A program made the translations under genes and the position numbers. Below, in pieces: positions 41,557-54,600 of a DNA stretch of 64,000 nt. Numbering within the stretch: position 1 is the stretch's first letter; each line of letters starts with the position of its first letter. The notes under the pieces are model-generated. The model was not told where the DNA came from. It saw only the letters and a program-made list of their open reading frames with translations, and ran no database searches. The DNA is from Eledone cirrhosa (lineage: Eukaryota), in assembly GCA_964016885.1 (NCBI GenBank), contig OZ024742.1, positions 336,288,001-336,352,000 of the forward strand, read 5' to 3'.

Positions 41557-42461
41557 TATAAAATGTAGTATATTTACTTAAGATATTTAACTATTTATGA
41601 AACTTGGCGATAAATCTTTCGATTCCTTCAATTTTTTTAAAACCTTTCTGCATGAATATATAATTAATGAGATTAATTAAACTACCCTAAAATTGGCGAT
41701 GTTCCCAATCTTTTGAATAAATTTTTAAGCTAGATAAACTTCTATAATAAATATAAGAGCATTTGTAGAATAAGTTTTGAATGATTTCTGCTAAATAAGG
41801 TTTGTTGAACAATTTTGGTTTTTGTTTGCTTTTGATTCTGATTGCTTCTAATGAACTTGACAACATATTGTCAAATAAATTGGAAGGGTGGTTTTATGTG
41901 ACTGATATGCGTGGCATACTATATTTTTAATATTGATATCTGTTGTCTAATTTTTAATATTGATATCTGTTGTCTATTCTTTGCTTGATCGATAATCATG
42001 TAAGTGAGGGCAGGAATATTACTATAAATGTTAATGTATATTTTATGTCTATATATATATATATATATGTATGTACATATATGTATGGTGGAATCTTTTG
42101 TAACGCAATGAAGATTTTCATGAAAAATAAGAATCTGCGGAGCATATCACGTAAGTTCACATGTGTGTCTATAATTATCAACTTGAATTTGAGATAACCT
42201 TCTCTTTTCTCTTTTTGTCTTTTTTCATGAGAATGCATATATACTTATGTTTGAAGTTTTGTCTCAGATTTTGCTTATAGACCTAAGAATTTTTTTAAAC
42301 TAAGCATGGGGTCAATTTTTTTCACACATTATGGATATGTGTCTCATTCATGAATATTGATATTTACATTATAATACCTCATTCATAAAGATTGATAATT
42401 CAAATGGATGAGACATAATATATTTTAAATATATCATCTTTCTTTCTTTTTCTCCTCTATA

Positions 42462-42609
<148 letters not shown>

Positions 42610-43080
42610 AACAGATAGACAGACAGAAAGATAGATAGATAGTTAGACGGATGGAGGGAGACAATTGCTGAAGACGTTGAATAGGCGGATAACAATGCTA
42701 GGTGATTTGTAGTAATGGCGAGCGGGTGTCAACAAATAAATCTGTGTTTTCAATCAATTCACACCATTTTGTTTTACTCACTTCTTTGTCAGGAAGGTTA
42801 AAGATAAATTGCTGGAGGTGGTTTATTATGTAAGTAATGGACGCAGATGACACGTAGGTCAGTGGTTTCCGTGTTGGACTTTCGGTCGGAAATTCGATTT
42901 CCACACAGACGTGTGTCCTTGAGTAAGGCCCCGTTGTTCTGGTCCACACAGAACTAGTGAGTTGCAACTAGTACCAAGCTGTAGCGGTCTTTATATTTCC
43001 TTTGGACACCTTTGGTAATGCTCTGGGTTGTATTCCAGAGATGCAAGCCCATTAAGTATGGGAACTAAGAAATACCAATA

Positions 43081-43139
<59 letters not shown>

Positions 43140-43452
43140 ATGTATATATATATATATATATACAAGAAAATAGGGGGTTTTTTATGAAAAAAAATGAGAT
43201 GTCCTACACGAGTAAAAGTATAAGGAAAAGAAATCGAAAATGTAACTGGAGTCTTTTTAAGAATATTTATTTGTTTCCTTTACCGATTTAACAGTTCTTA
43301 TGTTTTTCAATATATAGAAGAAACAAGGGGCTGTGTGGTTACTTGATAAAATATATTTAGAAATAAAAGGAAAGCACAAACAAGGGACAGCCCCCTCTTC
43401 AGTTGTCTGCTGGAGATCACCGACATTTCAACGCATTAAAGACAATATGTCT

Positions 43453-43575
<123 letters not shown>

Positions 43576-44446
43576 TTCTTGCTGTTGGGCCTCCATCAAA
43601 TTCACGCTTAACGTAGTTCTCAGGGAGATTCAGCGTGACACAATGTATGACGAGCGCAGCCCCTTGAATTACCGGTATAACTCATTTTATATATTCACCA
43701 TACTTTATTTAACATTGCCCCAGTCTACTCAGCTTACAAGAATGAGTTGTATTTCTAGTTTAAAGTGCCAGCTTTGTGTCACGCCCAATCGCCCTGGAAC
43801 TACGTTAACGGAACGTGGGTCTGTGGTAAGCTCATCCACTTACATGTTATTTTCACGAACAAGATTTTATGTTGTTAAAACAGTCGGAACAGACTTCGTC
43901 AGAACCGACAGAAATCCATTCTTATCTTTGTGGTATATTGAGGAAGAAGACTAAAACGAAAGAATTTGTCAGAAATATTATCATTCGGTTCTTACGATAC
44001 AATCATTTCAAGTGTTAGATATTATTAGCGCTCTCGTTTCACCGTTTCATTATTGATTCTAAATATTTCCTATTGAAAACCGGATCAAATATCAGGAAAA
44101 TCTGAAACTACATTCAGTTCCTCTCCCGGTCATTAGCACTTTTACGGTTGAGGTCAACTGAATCAGTACTAATTGACCACTCTAACTATTTTCTGATGTG
44201 AAATACACATATAGACACACGTACACACCTACAGACACCGACACACAGATCTTGGTGTATAAGAATGTGTGTATATCAGAAAACTCTTTTGCTTTTTCAT
44301 ACTCTCAAGTCCCTATGGCTATTCTTGGGCCTGCCTTCAAGGATTTAATTGATCTAATCGACCCCCTATATATATATATTTCTGTCTCTTATTTTATTGA
44401 TCTCTATTCGTCGCATTACGACACAATACAAACTAAAACACCAAAT

Positions 44447-44511
<65 letters not shown>

Positions 44512-44542
44512 AGAAATACACATACACACAAGTACACAAACA

Positions 44543-44606
<64 letters not shown>

Positions 44607-44708
44607 GGAAAAGGCTTAACCCCGACGGCAGAGCTCAAGCCGTTTCGACGGCTATTTCTGGACTCTGGTGCGTTATGGTCCATCTAGTTCCTTACCACAC
44701 CTCCTTCG

Positions 44709-44710
<2 letters not shown>
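44607..44710. mobile_element. Family A repeat with non-overlapping inverted arms
   Basis: Inverted arm joined directly to the distal tail (actctggtgcgttatgg...). Confidence 0.8.
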
Positions 44711-44791
<81 letters not shown>

Positions 44792-44793
<2 letters not shown>

Positions 44794-44980
44794 AACAAGT
44801 AAGACCCCGACGGCTGAGCTCAAGCCGTTTCGACGGCTAATTCTGTACTGAATTAGCCGTCGAAACGGCTTGAGCTCAGCCGTCGGGGTCTTACTTGTTC
44901 CTATTACCCACTCTACTACCCTAAGTATTGAGTACTTTGGTGCGTTATGGTCCACCTGGTTCCTTACCACATTTCCTTCG

Positions 44981-44982
<2 letters not shown>
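44792..44982. mobile_element. Family A fold-back repeat
   Basis: Perfect arms of about 54 bp around 44846, then the tail. Flanked by (TA)n. Confidence 0.85.
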
Positions 44983-45035
<53 letters not shown>

Positions 45036-45131
45036 GAGGTTGTCCGAAGAAATGTTTTCACACTTCAACAGCATTCTAATAAATATTGCCTGTACAGGTA
45101 ATCAAATTGTGTATACAGTTTTGGGGACGCA

Positions 45132-45264
<133 letters not shown>

Positions 45265-45742
45265 TATATATATATATATAAATGCACACAGTAGTTTATA
45301 GACAGAAGGCTTGTATTGTTATAGTATCAACAGAAAATGCACACACAAAGACAGTTATTTAAGATGAACAGATAACTGCATCTCCAACTCATCAGGTATC
45401 TTAATGAGGTGTTATTTCGTGCATTACGGTGGTAATGCACATAATGCCAGTTTGTGCAATAGAATGGAGAACCGTTCTGTTGGTAAAATACATGTATGTG
45501 TGTGAGAAAGAGAGAGAGAGGAAGCAGGAGAGAAATTTACTGCCTACATTATCTCTATATATAAAAGTATTTGTCTCTCTGCCTGTCTGTCTTTTCGTAT
45601 GCACCCCCAAACGGCTTGACCAAATGAAATGACATTTTACAAGGTAGTAGTAGACTCCAGTAGTGCCAATGTATAATTTTTATTTTCATTTGGATTAAAA
45701 CAATATAACACCTTATCTAAAATAATCTGCTATAGACAACTA

Positions 45743-45881
45743 CTAGCAGAATGGCCCGGCGTTGCTCGGGATTTGCTCTAGGGTTCTTATATATTTGATA
45801 TATATGTATCCTTATCGAGCCTCGTGAAATAAATACGTTTGTTTATATTTTGTTATTGTGTATGCAAAAATATCTGTACAC

Positions 45882-45929
<48 letters not shown>

Positions 45930-46044
45930 AAATAACAGATTAAAGTTTAAGCAAAGAATCGCTGCTTTCACCCTTAACGGGATCTTCTGAAACTAAAAAA
46001 ATCAATCAGTGAACGCAGAAGTAAATATTTCGAAAAACGTCACA

Positions 46045-46124
<80 letters not shown>

Positions 46125-46132
46125 TATATATA

Positions 46133-46172
<40 letters not shown>

Positions 46173-46476
46173 GCGACGTCATAATGTCGTAATGCAGACA
46201 GCCAGACATACAGACAGATATTATAAGAGCGCAACATTATATCTATGTATCTATCTAAAAAGAAAGACTAAGAATTATAGAGAGAGATCGCTAAATCGTC
46301 TAATGCGGTCCCTAGGACATTGAAATTTTGAAATTGTTTTTGCTCAAAACACTCACATGATTTTTGCTCAAAACACTCACAGTATTACATGTGTAAAGTT
46401 TGAAAACAATCGGTTGGGTGGTTCTCGAGTTTTAGGGAGACAGACAGACAAACATTCTCTGTTTTAGATATATAGA
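45743..46476 (-). mobile_element. Second copy of the non-autonomous Helitron
   Basis: Reverse complement of most of 3746-4521, with the same 5' TC and 3' hairpin-CTAG. Confidence 0.85.
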
Positions 46477-47062
46477 CTAGCAGAAAACCACCCACCGGGT
46501 GGTTTTCTGCTAGTATATATATATATATTACACACACAGAAATGTATATATATTTCTGTGTGTATATATATATATATATTACACACACAGAAATGTATAT
46601 ATATTTCTGTGTGTATATATATATATATATTACACACACAGAAATGTATATATATTTCTGTGTGTATATATATATATTTCTGTGTGTATATATATATATT
46701 TCTGTGTGTGTATATATATATATATTACACACACACAGAAATGTATATATGTTTCTGTAGCACTCCCCAATTCTCCCCTCTCTCCCTCCCGCTATCCCCC
46801 TCTCGTAGTCTGTCTCTTTCTTTCACTCTCACTCTCTATCTACGCGTGCGCAAAAAACATTCGCACGCGCGCATGTGTTTTAGTGTCTATTCACTCTCTC
46901 TCTCTCCCTCTCTCCCTCCCGCTATCCCCCTTTCGTAGTCTGTCTCTTTCTTTCACTCTCACTCTCTCTCTACGCGTGCGCAAAAAACATTCGCACGCGC
47001 GCACGTGTTTCCACTGTCGGACAGACAGACAGAGAAATTGCTGGTTATATATTATAAGGAGA
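46477..47062 (-). mobile_element. Non-autonomous Helitron of a second family
   Basis: Minus strand: A|TCTCCTTATAATATATAA start with (CTGT)n, ending TTTTCTGCTAG. Internal tandem units of about 44 nt and a duplication of about 125 nt. A related 5' end lies at about 47898-48067. Confidence 0.6.
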
Positions 47063-48743
47063 TTACATATACATATGTAACTATGTATATCATCATCATC
47101 ATCCCCATTATATATATATATAATATGGGCCGAAGCCGAAAAAAATTTTGTTTGGCAGCTCTAATTGCGCCTTAATTTTATTCAAAAAATTGTATACTAA
47201 CATATTCGAATACCAGGCACTATTGGAATCAACAATAGCAGCGTCCTGAGGGTCATTACAAAACACAAATTCGCGAGAATTAGTGTTTAAGGCTTGGAAG
47301 GTGGTAAAAAAATCCACAAAATCTTCCATTCTTTTTTTTTTTAAATTTATTTTTAATAATATTTAAATAACTGGCGGTTAGAAAAAAATATTCCTATGAA
47401 ATTTTGATCATACTATTAGGTGTGAATAAGGAAATATTTTTTTATTGTCAAAACAAATGTTCAAAAGTTAAACTTCAATTTTTTGAATTATTTCCAATTT
47501 TTTCATGAAATTGAACACTGGACATTGGCTGCTGGAAATGGAAATTAAATCGTATTTAATTGTATTTAAATTTCTAACCTTATTTTATTATTTATATTTT
47601 TTCAATAAGAAATTAAAAAAAACAACAAAAGAAATTGAAGAAAAAAAATTGAACAAATCAAACGTAGGTTATGCGCAATCTGATTAATAAATTACCTCAT
47701 CAGCAGCAACCTTCTTCAAATGGTCCTTATTATCAGCAGCAACAACCACAAATTCAATGGCAACCTTCTTCGCATGGAGTCAAGTCAGAACCGCCTCGAA
47801 CTGGTTACTTCTGGCTTGTGCAAGGTGTCTCTATAGCAACCAGCGATTCCCTCGGCCTCAGTGACCAGAGTCAGTGGAGAGGGGAAGGTAATGTTTCTAT
47901 AGCACGTGTTTTAGCGTGTATTCACACTCTCTCTCTCTCCCTCTTTCCCTCCCGCTATCCCCCTCTCGTAGTCTGTCTCTTTCTTTCACTCTCACTCTCT
48001 CTCTACGCACGTGTTTCCACTGTCGGACAGACAGACAGAGAAATTGCGGGTTATATATATAAGTAGATAAGTAAGCGGTTCTTTTATAACACGACAACGA
48101 CGTCACATTTTGTATATGAGTATGTGTCTGTGAGTGTGTGTGTGTGTGTGTATTTGCGCGTTCGTTACGTACGTTAAGCCTTAGTAAGTTACATACACAC
48201 ACATCTTCACGTAAATACTCAGATACACAGAGAATTAAACACATGATTCGGACGCTGGTTTACACGCACACATACACACACGCACACAAATGTATATACA
48301 ATTATCTAAATCTATATATCTATATCTGCATATAATATAAAATATTGGAACTTCCATCATCCTTTTGATAAACGTGGACCCACTACTTCTATGCAACGGC
48401 ACACACTTTACAGTTGAACCATCTAGAGGTCACTATTCTTGGAGGCAATCATCAAGTAGAAAATGTATTTATTCCCAATGTATTTATTCCCTTCCTCTAC
48501 AAACATGCCATTCAAATTCTCAAGACTTTTGTTCCGTGTTAGAGCTAGTTTTGCTATAATTATACATAAAGCTCAGGCTCAGAGTTACAAAGTTGTGGAA
48601 TTGAATTCAAGGGAATCACCTTTTTTACACATGGACAGTTATATGTAGATTGTTCACGACTGGAAACACCTAGAAATCATCATATACTATGCACTAACGA
48701 AGAATCTGGTGTATCTATAATATTATTTTCCACTTTGCTCTTT

Positions 48744-48919
<176 letters not shown>

Positions 48920-49107
48920 ACGGTCTCGCCACAAAGTCTAAACCATTCTTCTATTATCATCTTTTTACTGGGACGAAGCTGGGTGCGTCAGCTAGTAATA
49001 TATATTGGCGCATAATTGATTGTGTAGCTAAGAGGTATTCTTCATAACTGCGTACTTTTGAGTTGCATGCAACCGAGGGGAAATATATATATATATATAT
49101 ATATATA

Positions 49108-49524
49108 GGTTTGAAGGTTCACCACTGGATAGAGTTGGTCATTCCGTATGGTCAATCTTGATGTAATAATATGGAGAGTACTCAACGTAAAGCAGCTCAA
49201 CCGTCTTCGTTTGTGTAGTTGGTGGTACGAGTACGGAGTTAAATATTATAATAAAATAACAGGAGGCTGGACTTGTGTAAATACTTGAAAGGTTTATTAT
49301 ACTATGATCATTTCAATGACCGGGTTCCGTATGAATCCGGTGATATCATCAGGTATTCGAAATATAATAAATGATTTATCTGTTACATTCATTTATTATA
49401 TTTCGAATACCTGATGATATCGCCGGATTCATACGGAACCCGGTCATTGAAATGATCACAGTATAATAAACGTTTCAAGGATTTACACAAGCCACAAGCC
49501 CTGCCTCCTGTTATTTTATTATTG

Positions 49525-49526
<2 letters not shown>
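49108..49526. mobile_element. Fold-back PLE-tail insertion with hammerhead motif
   Basis: Arms 49248-49374 and 49389-49522, with the long arm extending to 49108. (TA)n on both sides. Confidence 0.8.
49299..49356 (-). ncRNA. Hammerhead ribozyme motif
   Basis: Minus strand: ATAC-CTGATGA-..ACCGG/CCGGT..-GAAA-TGATCA-TA-GTAT, with palindromic stem III. Confidence 0.68.
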
Positions 49527-49570
<44 letters not shown>

Positions 49571-49574
<4 letters not shown>

Positions 49575-49702
49575 GTAACAAATGGGAACAAAGAATCGGT
49601 ATTGCATCATATACATATCTAATTACATATTACAATATTGTAATATGTAATTAATTCTGAATATGATGCAATACCGATTGTTAGTTTCTATTTATTACTA
49701 TT
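49571..49702. repeat. Imperfect palindrome adjacent to (TA)n
   Basis: Centre taattacatattacaatattgtaatatgtaatta, with outer aatcggtattgcatcatat / atatgatgcaataccgatt. Confidence 0.7.
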
Positions 49703-49781
49703 ATTGATACTCTGCTCCGCAAGAGCACCGAGTGCTCATATTAGCATACCGCCTGTGAACGCATTTCAATTGCACCTCTAC

Positions 49782-49860
<79 letters not shown>

Positions 49861-50111
49861 AATTATATATATAAGAGGATGTGTTCCGAAACCACTAGAC
49901 GTGTCTGTGGAACCTGCTAATCCAGAATCAGGTTCGATCCACACACAGATCGCACCTCGAGCTGTTCACCGGGGAAACAATTGTAACACGTAATAAATTG
50001 AGTTCCGATGCATCACTGATCCTTCGTTTTCCATTTTATCACTCTTTGCTCCGTAGGAGCATAGAGTGATCAAACGGCATACCGTCTATAGACGCATCTT
50101 AGCTACCGTAA

Positions 50112-50192
<81 letters not shown>

Positions 50193-51075
50193 CCTCACTC
50201 ACACAATGGACAACTAATTTCGTATTATTAAAATTCGAACCCAGCTGGCCAGAGTGCACACTTTCGTTAAACGGCTAAGGAAGCGACTTCGTGTGGGTAA
50301 GATGATACGGTACCCAGACTGCTATAACCGTTTCCACGGTCCCGAACTCCTAGTCGTGCACCTAGAAGTGCAGCCATGTGCAGACTAATAGGTAATGATA
50401 GTACACATTAAGCAATTAGGAGTGGGACCGCTGTATTCAAGACGACTGGCCAACTACACTAACCTGTGTAGGTTGTACTAGCTGTCCCATTAATAGGGGT
50501 CGAAACTACCAAAATCCACCACAATGGCCGATGACCCTGGAGTTCTGTGTCTTTCGTTTGTATTTTTATTTTAAAAAAAAAAACAATTTTTTAAGGAAAC
50601 CTTAAAAATTGTTTTTCATTTTGCCTACTTTTCGTTCGTTGGCCTGTCCTCTGTTAAGGCAAATCGGGTCTATAATAGAAAGGACTTGTCCATGGTGCTT
50701 CACAGCGGTACTTAGCCCGGAAAAACGTGGTTATGAAGCAAACTCCTTAAACACACAAACATACTCTGTGACTATAAATATGCTTAAGATGTAATCGTTC
50801 AAATATATTCATGTATCAATTGTCATTCTGCACACATTCCTAATGTCACCCTATCAATTTACGTATTTTCGATTATCACATTTTCTTTCCACTAGCCACC
50901 TCTCTTTCTCTCTTTTTCTTGCAGTCAGTCCCTCTCGCCTCTCTCTCGTTATCACCCTCGCCTAACTCTTTCTCCCCCTATCTTTCTGATTTCAATGCCT
51001 ATCTTTATATCCTTATATCCTTATATCACGTTCCTTTTCCATGTTCGGTTATGTTTCTGTTACTATCTAACAACC

Positions 51076-51106
<31 letters not shown>

Positions 51107-51107
51107 A

Positions 51108-51140
<33 letters not shown>

Positions 51141-51392
51141 ATATTAGAAAGTGAGGTTTATTTACAAAATGAAAAATAACCGAAGTGTCCTACACGAGTG
51201 AAAGTATAAAGAAAACAGGATGAAATCGAAAATGCAACTGGAGTCTTATTTTTTAAAAAATATATATATTTATTTGGTTCCTTTACCGGTTTCGCAGTTA
51301 TTCTGGTTTTCAAAAGTAGAGTTGAGATGGAGAGGTATGTGGCATAAGTTATGATTTTCATGGGTATGTCTCTATTTATAAAACAAACTTTG

Positions 51393-51455
51393 TATTTTAT
51401 CTGATGAAAGCGTACCAATGTGTCTTGGTACCCTTGAAATATATATAATAAAATA
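51393..51455 (+). ncRNA. Minimal type I hammerhead ribozyme motif
   Basis: TATTTTAT-CTGATGA-AAGCGTACCAA/TTGGTACCCTT-GAAA-TATATA-TA-ATAAAATA. Perfect 8-bp stem I, intact core, palindromic stem III. Confidence 0.8.
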
Positions 51456-51497
51456 AATATGGTTTTATAAATATAGTTTCCATTTATTTAATATCAT

Positions 51498-51529
<32 letters not shown>

Positions 51530-51600
51530 AAAATAAATAACGAAACGAAGTTAAATTTCGTTTCGTTTGTAACTCACTTTTGTATGACTGACGCTTAAAC

Positions 51601-51829
51601 AATTAAGTTAAAAATGTACATCCACATATGTATACTGAAATACTAGTATGCATATGAATACACACACGTATACATATGTAGATGTACCGAGTTTTTCACT
51701 GGTCACTTTACTGTGAGTGTCCAGCTAAAAACCGGTTTGTCTGTGTATCTACATATGTATACGTGCGTGTATTCATATGCATACTAGTATTTCAGTATAC
51801 ATATGTGGATGTACATTTTTAACTTAATT
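51601..51829. repeat. Fold-back inverted repeat ending in (TA)n
   Basis: Arms about 51601-51687 and 51744-51829, with a partly paired spacer. Confidence 0.75.
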
Positions 51830-51852
51830 ATATATATATATACATTTTTAAC

Positions 51853-51928
<76 letters not shown>

Positions 51929-52340
51929 ACGTAATATCTGTATACGTGATCAGTCCACATTCAACCTTTCTGAAATGCCACTCTTCATTGAAATATGTCC
52001 AATTATTAGAGATAGTGAAATACTTTACACAAAACCATTCCAGTCTGCTCTACGTATCTCTAATTGTTCCAATTTACCACTCGAAATTTTATCTGTTCTC
52101 TAGAATTATCTGTTGAAAATCAATTCAACAATTCAACACTACATTTTAACTAACACCCCGACCAAACCATTGTCTTGCTGATTACATCTCTTTTTATATG
52201 TCTATCAATGATTACATATATATTATATTATATTATATATATATTATATATATATATTATATTATATATATATATATTATATTATATATATATATATATA
52301 TATATACATATATATATACATACACACGTACGCGCACGCA

Positions 52341-52426
<86 letters not shown>

Positions 52427-53012
52427 CGTGTGTGTATATGTATAATCTGAATGGAAAGTTCAAGTATATAGATAAGGATTATAACCACCACCCTCGATAT
52501 ATTTATACCTAGTTAGTAACGTAAGTAGCGGAACATCAAATATATCTTCGGATAAGGATACCGTTGATAAAGCTGTCACGTATTACGATAATGTTTTAGA
52601 AGAAAGTGGGTTTTGAGACAGAAAATAATAAGTGCTTTACCAAAATAGGCGCACTAACAGGAATAGAAAGACCAATGGAAGCTTAGCTTCTTTCGTCCAA
52701 ATCTAAACTAACGATCGTCTACTTTACTTTTCTATCGAAAAGAAAAGGAATGGCGCTAAGAATCAAAGATAATTTATATAACGCGAAGACCAATTATATA
52801 AAAAATGACGCCAGTATCATGATGTATAGAATTTGAGGGACCAATTTATGTAATACCGTAGGTGTCAAGTGTAATTGGTAGAAAATGCTTAATAAAATCT
52901 ATTGGGTAGAAAACAAGAACGAATTCTCAGGCTTAGATTTGTTTATGTGAGGGAAACTTTAAAAGAAGTTGCTTAAGTAAAAAATCCATCTTATATAAAT
53001 AGAATAAAATAA

Positions 53013-53196
53013 GTGTTTCTACTTTTGGCAGAAAGGCCAGCAATTATCACAGTGTATTACTGGTACTTTATGTTATCGACCCCGTAAGGTTGAAAGGCAA
53101 AGTCAACCTCGGCGGGATTTGAACTCAGATCGTAAAGGGACGTAACTATGCTGCAAAGCATGGCGTCCGACCCTCTACCGATACTGCCAATCCACC
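53013..53196 (-). mobile_element. tRNA-derived SINE
   Basis: Same family. Confidence 0.8.
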
Positions 53197-53316
53197 AGAA
53201 CAAAATAATACCAATTATACAGAGATGAGAAATAACGAAGTATCAAGCCCATCACATATTTTGAAACACACACGGAGATAATTTTGAAGTGTCGTGATAA
53301 GAATAAATTCTAACTA

Positions 53317-53521
53317 CATGGTGGGCCAGAATTCACGACTCACTTCATTATTCATAGATCTTTTAACACAAAATGTTATAAAACAAGTTAAGGAATATAG
53401 TGGAATATAAATTAAGAAACCTGCTAAGCATATTAAGAAATAAAATAATAAATTAAAACAATACAATAAGCATGTTAAGAAATATAACTAACAAGCGAGT
53501 TATGAATTCTGACCCACCCTG
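53317..53521. mobile_element. Tc1/mariner-type MITE
   Basis: Imperfect TIRs of about 29 bp, CA(T/G)GGTGGG(C/T)CAGAATTCA, flanked by TA on both sides. Confidence 0.75.
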
Positions 53522-53699
53522 TAGTATACAACGGCAGAGCGATAGAGCTGAATTGATTTACTACTAGAAGATTGCAACACGTTGTCTTCCGCGTTTGGGC
53601 GCCGACGACGCATCCCTTTGTACTGGTAATATTTTTTGATGATATATCATCGTTATCATCTTCCTGAAACTGGCGCAGGCAGTCGTTGGAATGTCATTC

Positions 53700-53930
53700 A
53701 GGGAGTCAGCAATCACTACCGATCTCAGTCTTCCATCAGGCACGGAAGTGTCGCGGTGTGGAGACAAGTCCGTTCCTTGATTTTCTTTACTTTTTTTGTA
53801 TCCTGCTTCTTCGTTCTTCTTCAACTGAGTCCTTGGTATGGTTTTGGTGATAGTTTTGTGCTGGTAAATGTCTGTACCATCCGAGCTTTCGTCTTTTCAC
53901 TGTTGCAAGAAATTGGTTTCGAGGGTTTTA
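53700..53930 (-). pseudogene. Decayed 3' end of an RTE-like LINE ORF
   Basis: Minus strand reads ATVKRRKLGWYRH..TITKTI..RRS..IKERTCL across frames, resembling the RTE C-terminal RRKL.W.GH motif. Confidence 0.5.
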
Positions 53931-53984
53931 GTCGATTATATCAACACCTCCTCCGCCACTAGTTTATTCCATGCTATTATTTAT

Positions 53985-54250
53985 TTCAGTGTAAAGTACC
54001 AGTAATGCACTGGGGTAATTGCTGGTCTTATGCCAAAAGTAGAAACAATTATTTATTTCAGTGGATTGGCAGTATCGGTAGAGGGTCGGACACTATGTTT
54101 TGACGCATAGAGTTACGGCCCTTGCCATTCTGAGTTCAAATCCCACCGAGGTTAACTTTGCCTTTCATCCTTACGGGGTCGATAAAATAAAGTACCAGTA
54201 TTGTACTGGTAATTGCTGGCTTTGTGCCAGAAGTAGAACAATTATTTATT
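53985..54250 (+). mobile_element. tRNA-derived SINE preceded by an extra 3' fragment
   Basis: Tail segment 53992-54052, then a full copy. attatttatttca is repeated at the junctions. Confidence 0.8.
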
Positions 54251-54385
54251 TCATCGATTTCATGGGATACGAAAAACAAAGTAGACATTGTCATAAGAAG
54301 ATAAATTTTTGCTGCACAAAAATACCACAGACAATTTCTGTTCAAGTGTATTGTGTGTTGTTTTTTTTACACCATACGCCGATAT

Positions 54386-54487
<102 letters not shown>

Positions 54488-54560
54488 GAACTCAATGTAA
54501 TCTGATGGCGAGTAATCCAGTGAAATCCATAGATTTTGTTATTATTTTCATCGTTAATTT

Positions 54561-54597
<37 letters not shown>

Positions 54598-54600
<3 letters not shown>

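Larger units (their letters stand above)
38296..42459 (+). mobile_element. Penelope-like element (PLE-2) with an inverted 3'-tail copy at the 5' end
   Basis: 38824-39446 is the near-identical reverse complement of 41833-42459. The left arm appears to extend to 38296 and includes a hammerhead motif. Both termini abut (TA)n. Confidence 0.88.

Noticed and set aside
46514-46757. Regular repeats of about 44 nt resembling a CRISPR array
   Set aside because: No unique spacers, eukaryotic context, and it is a minisatellite within a Helitron-like element.
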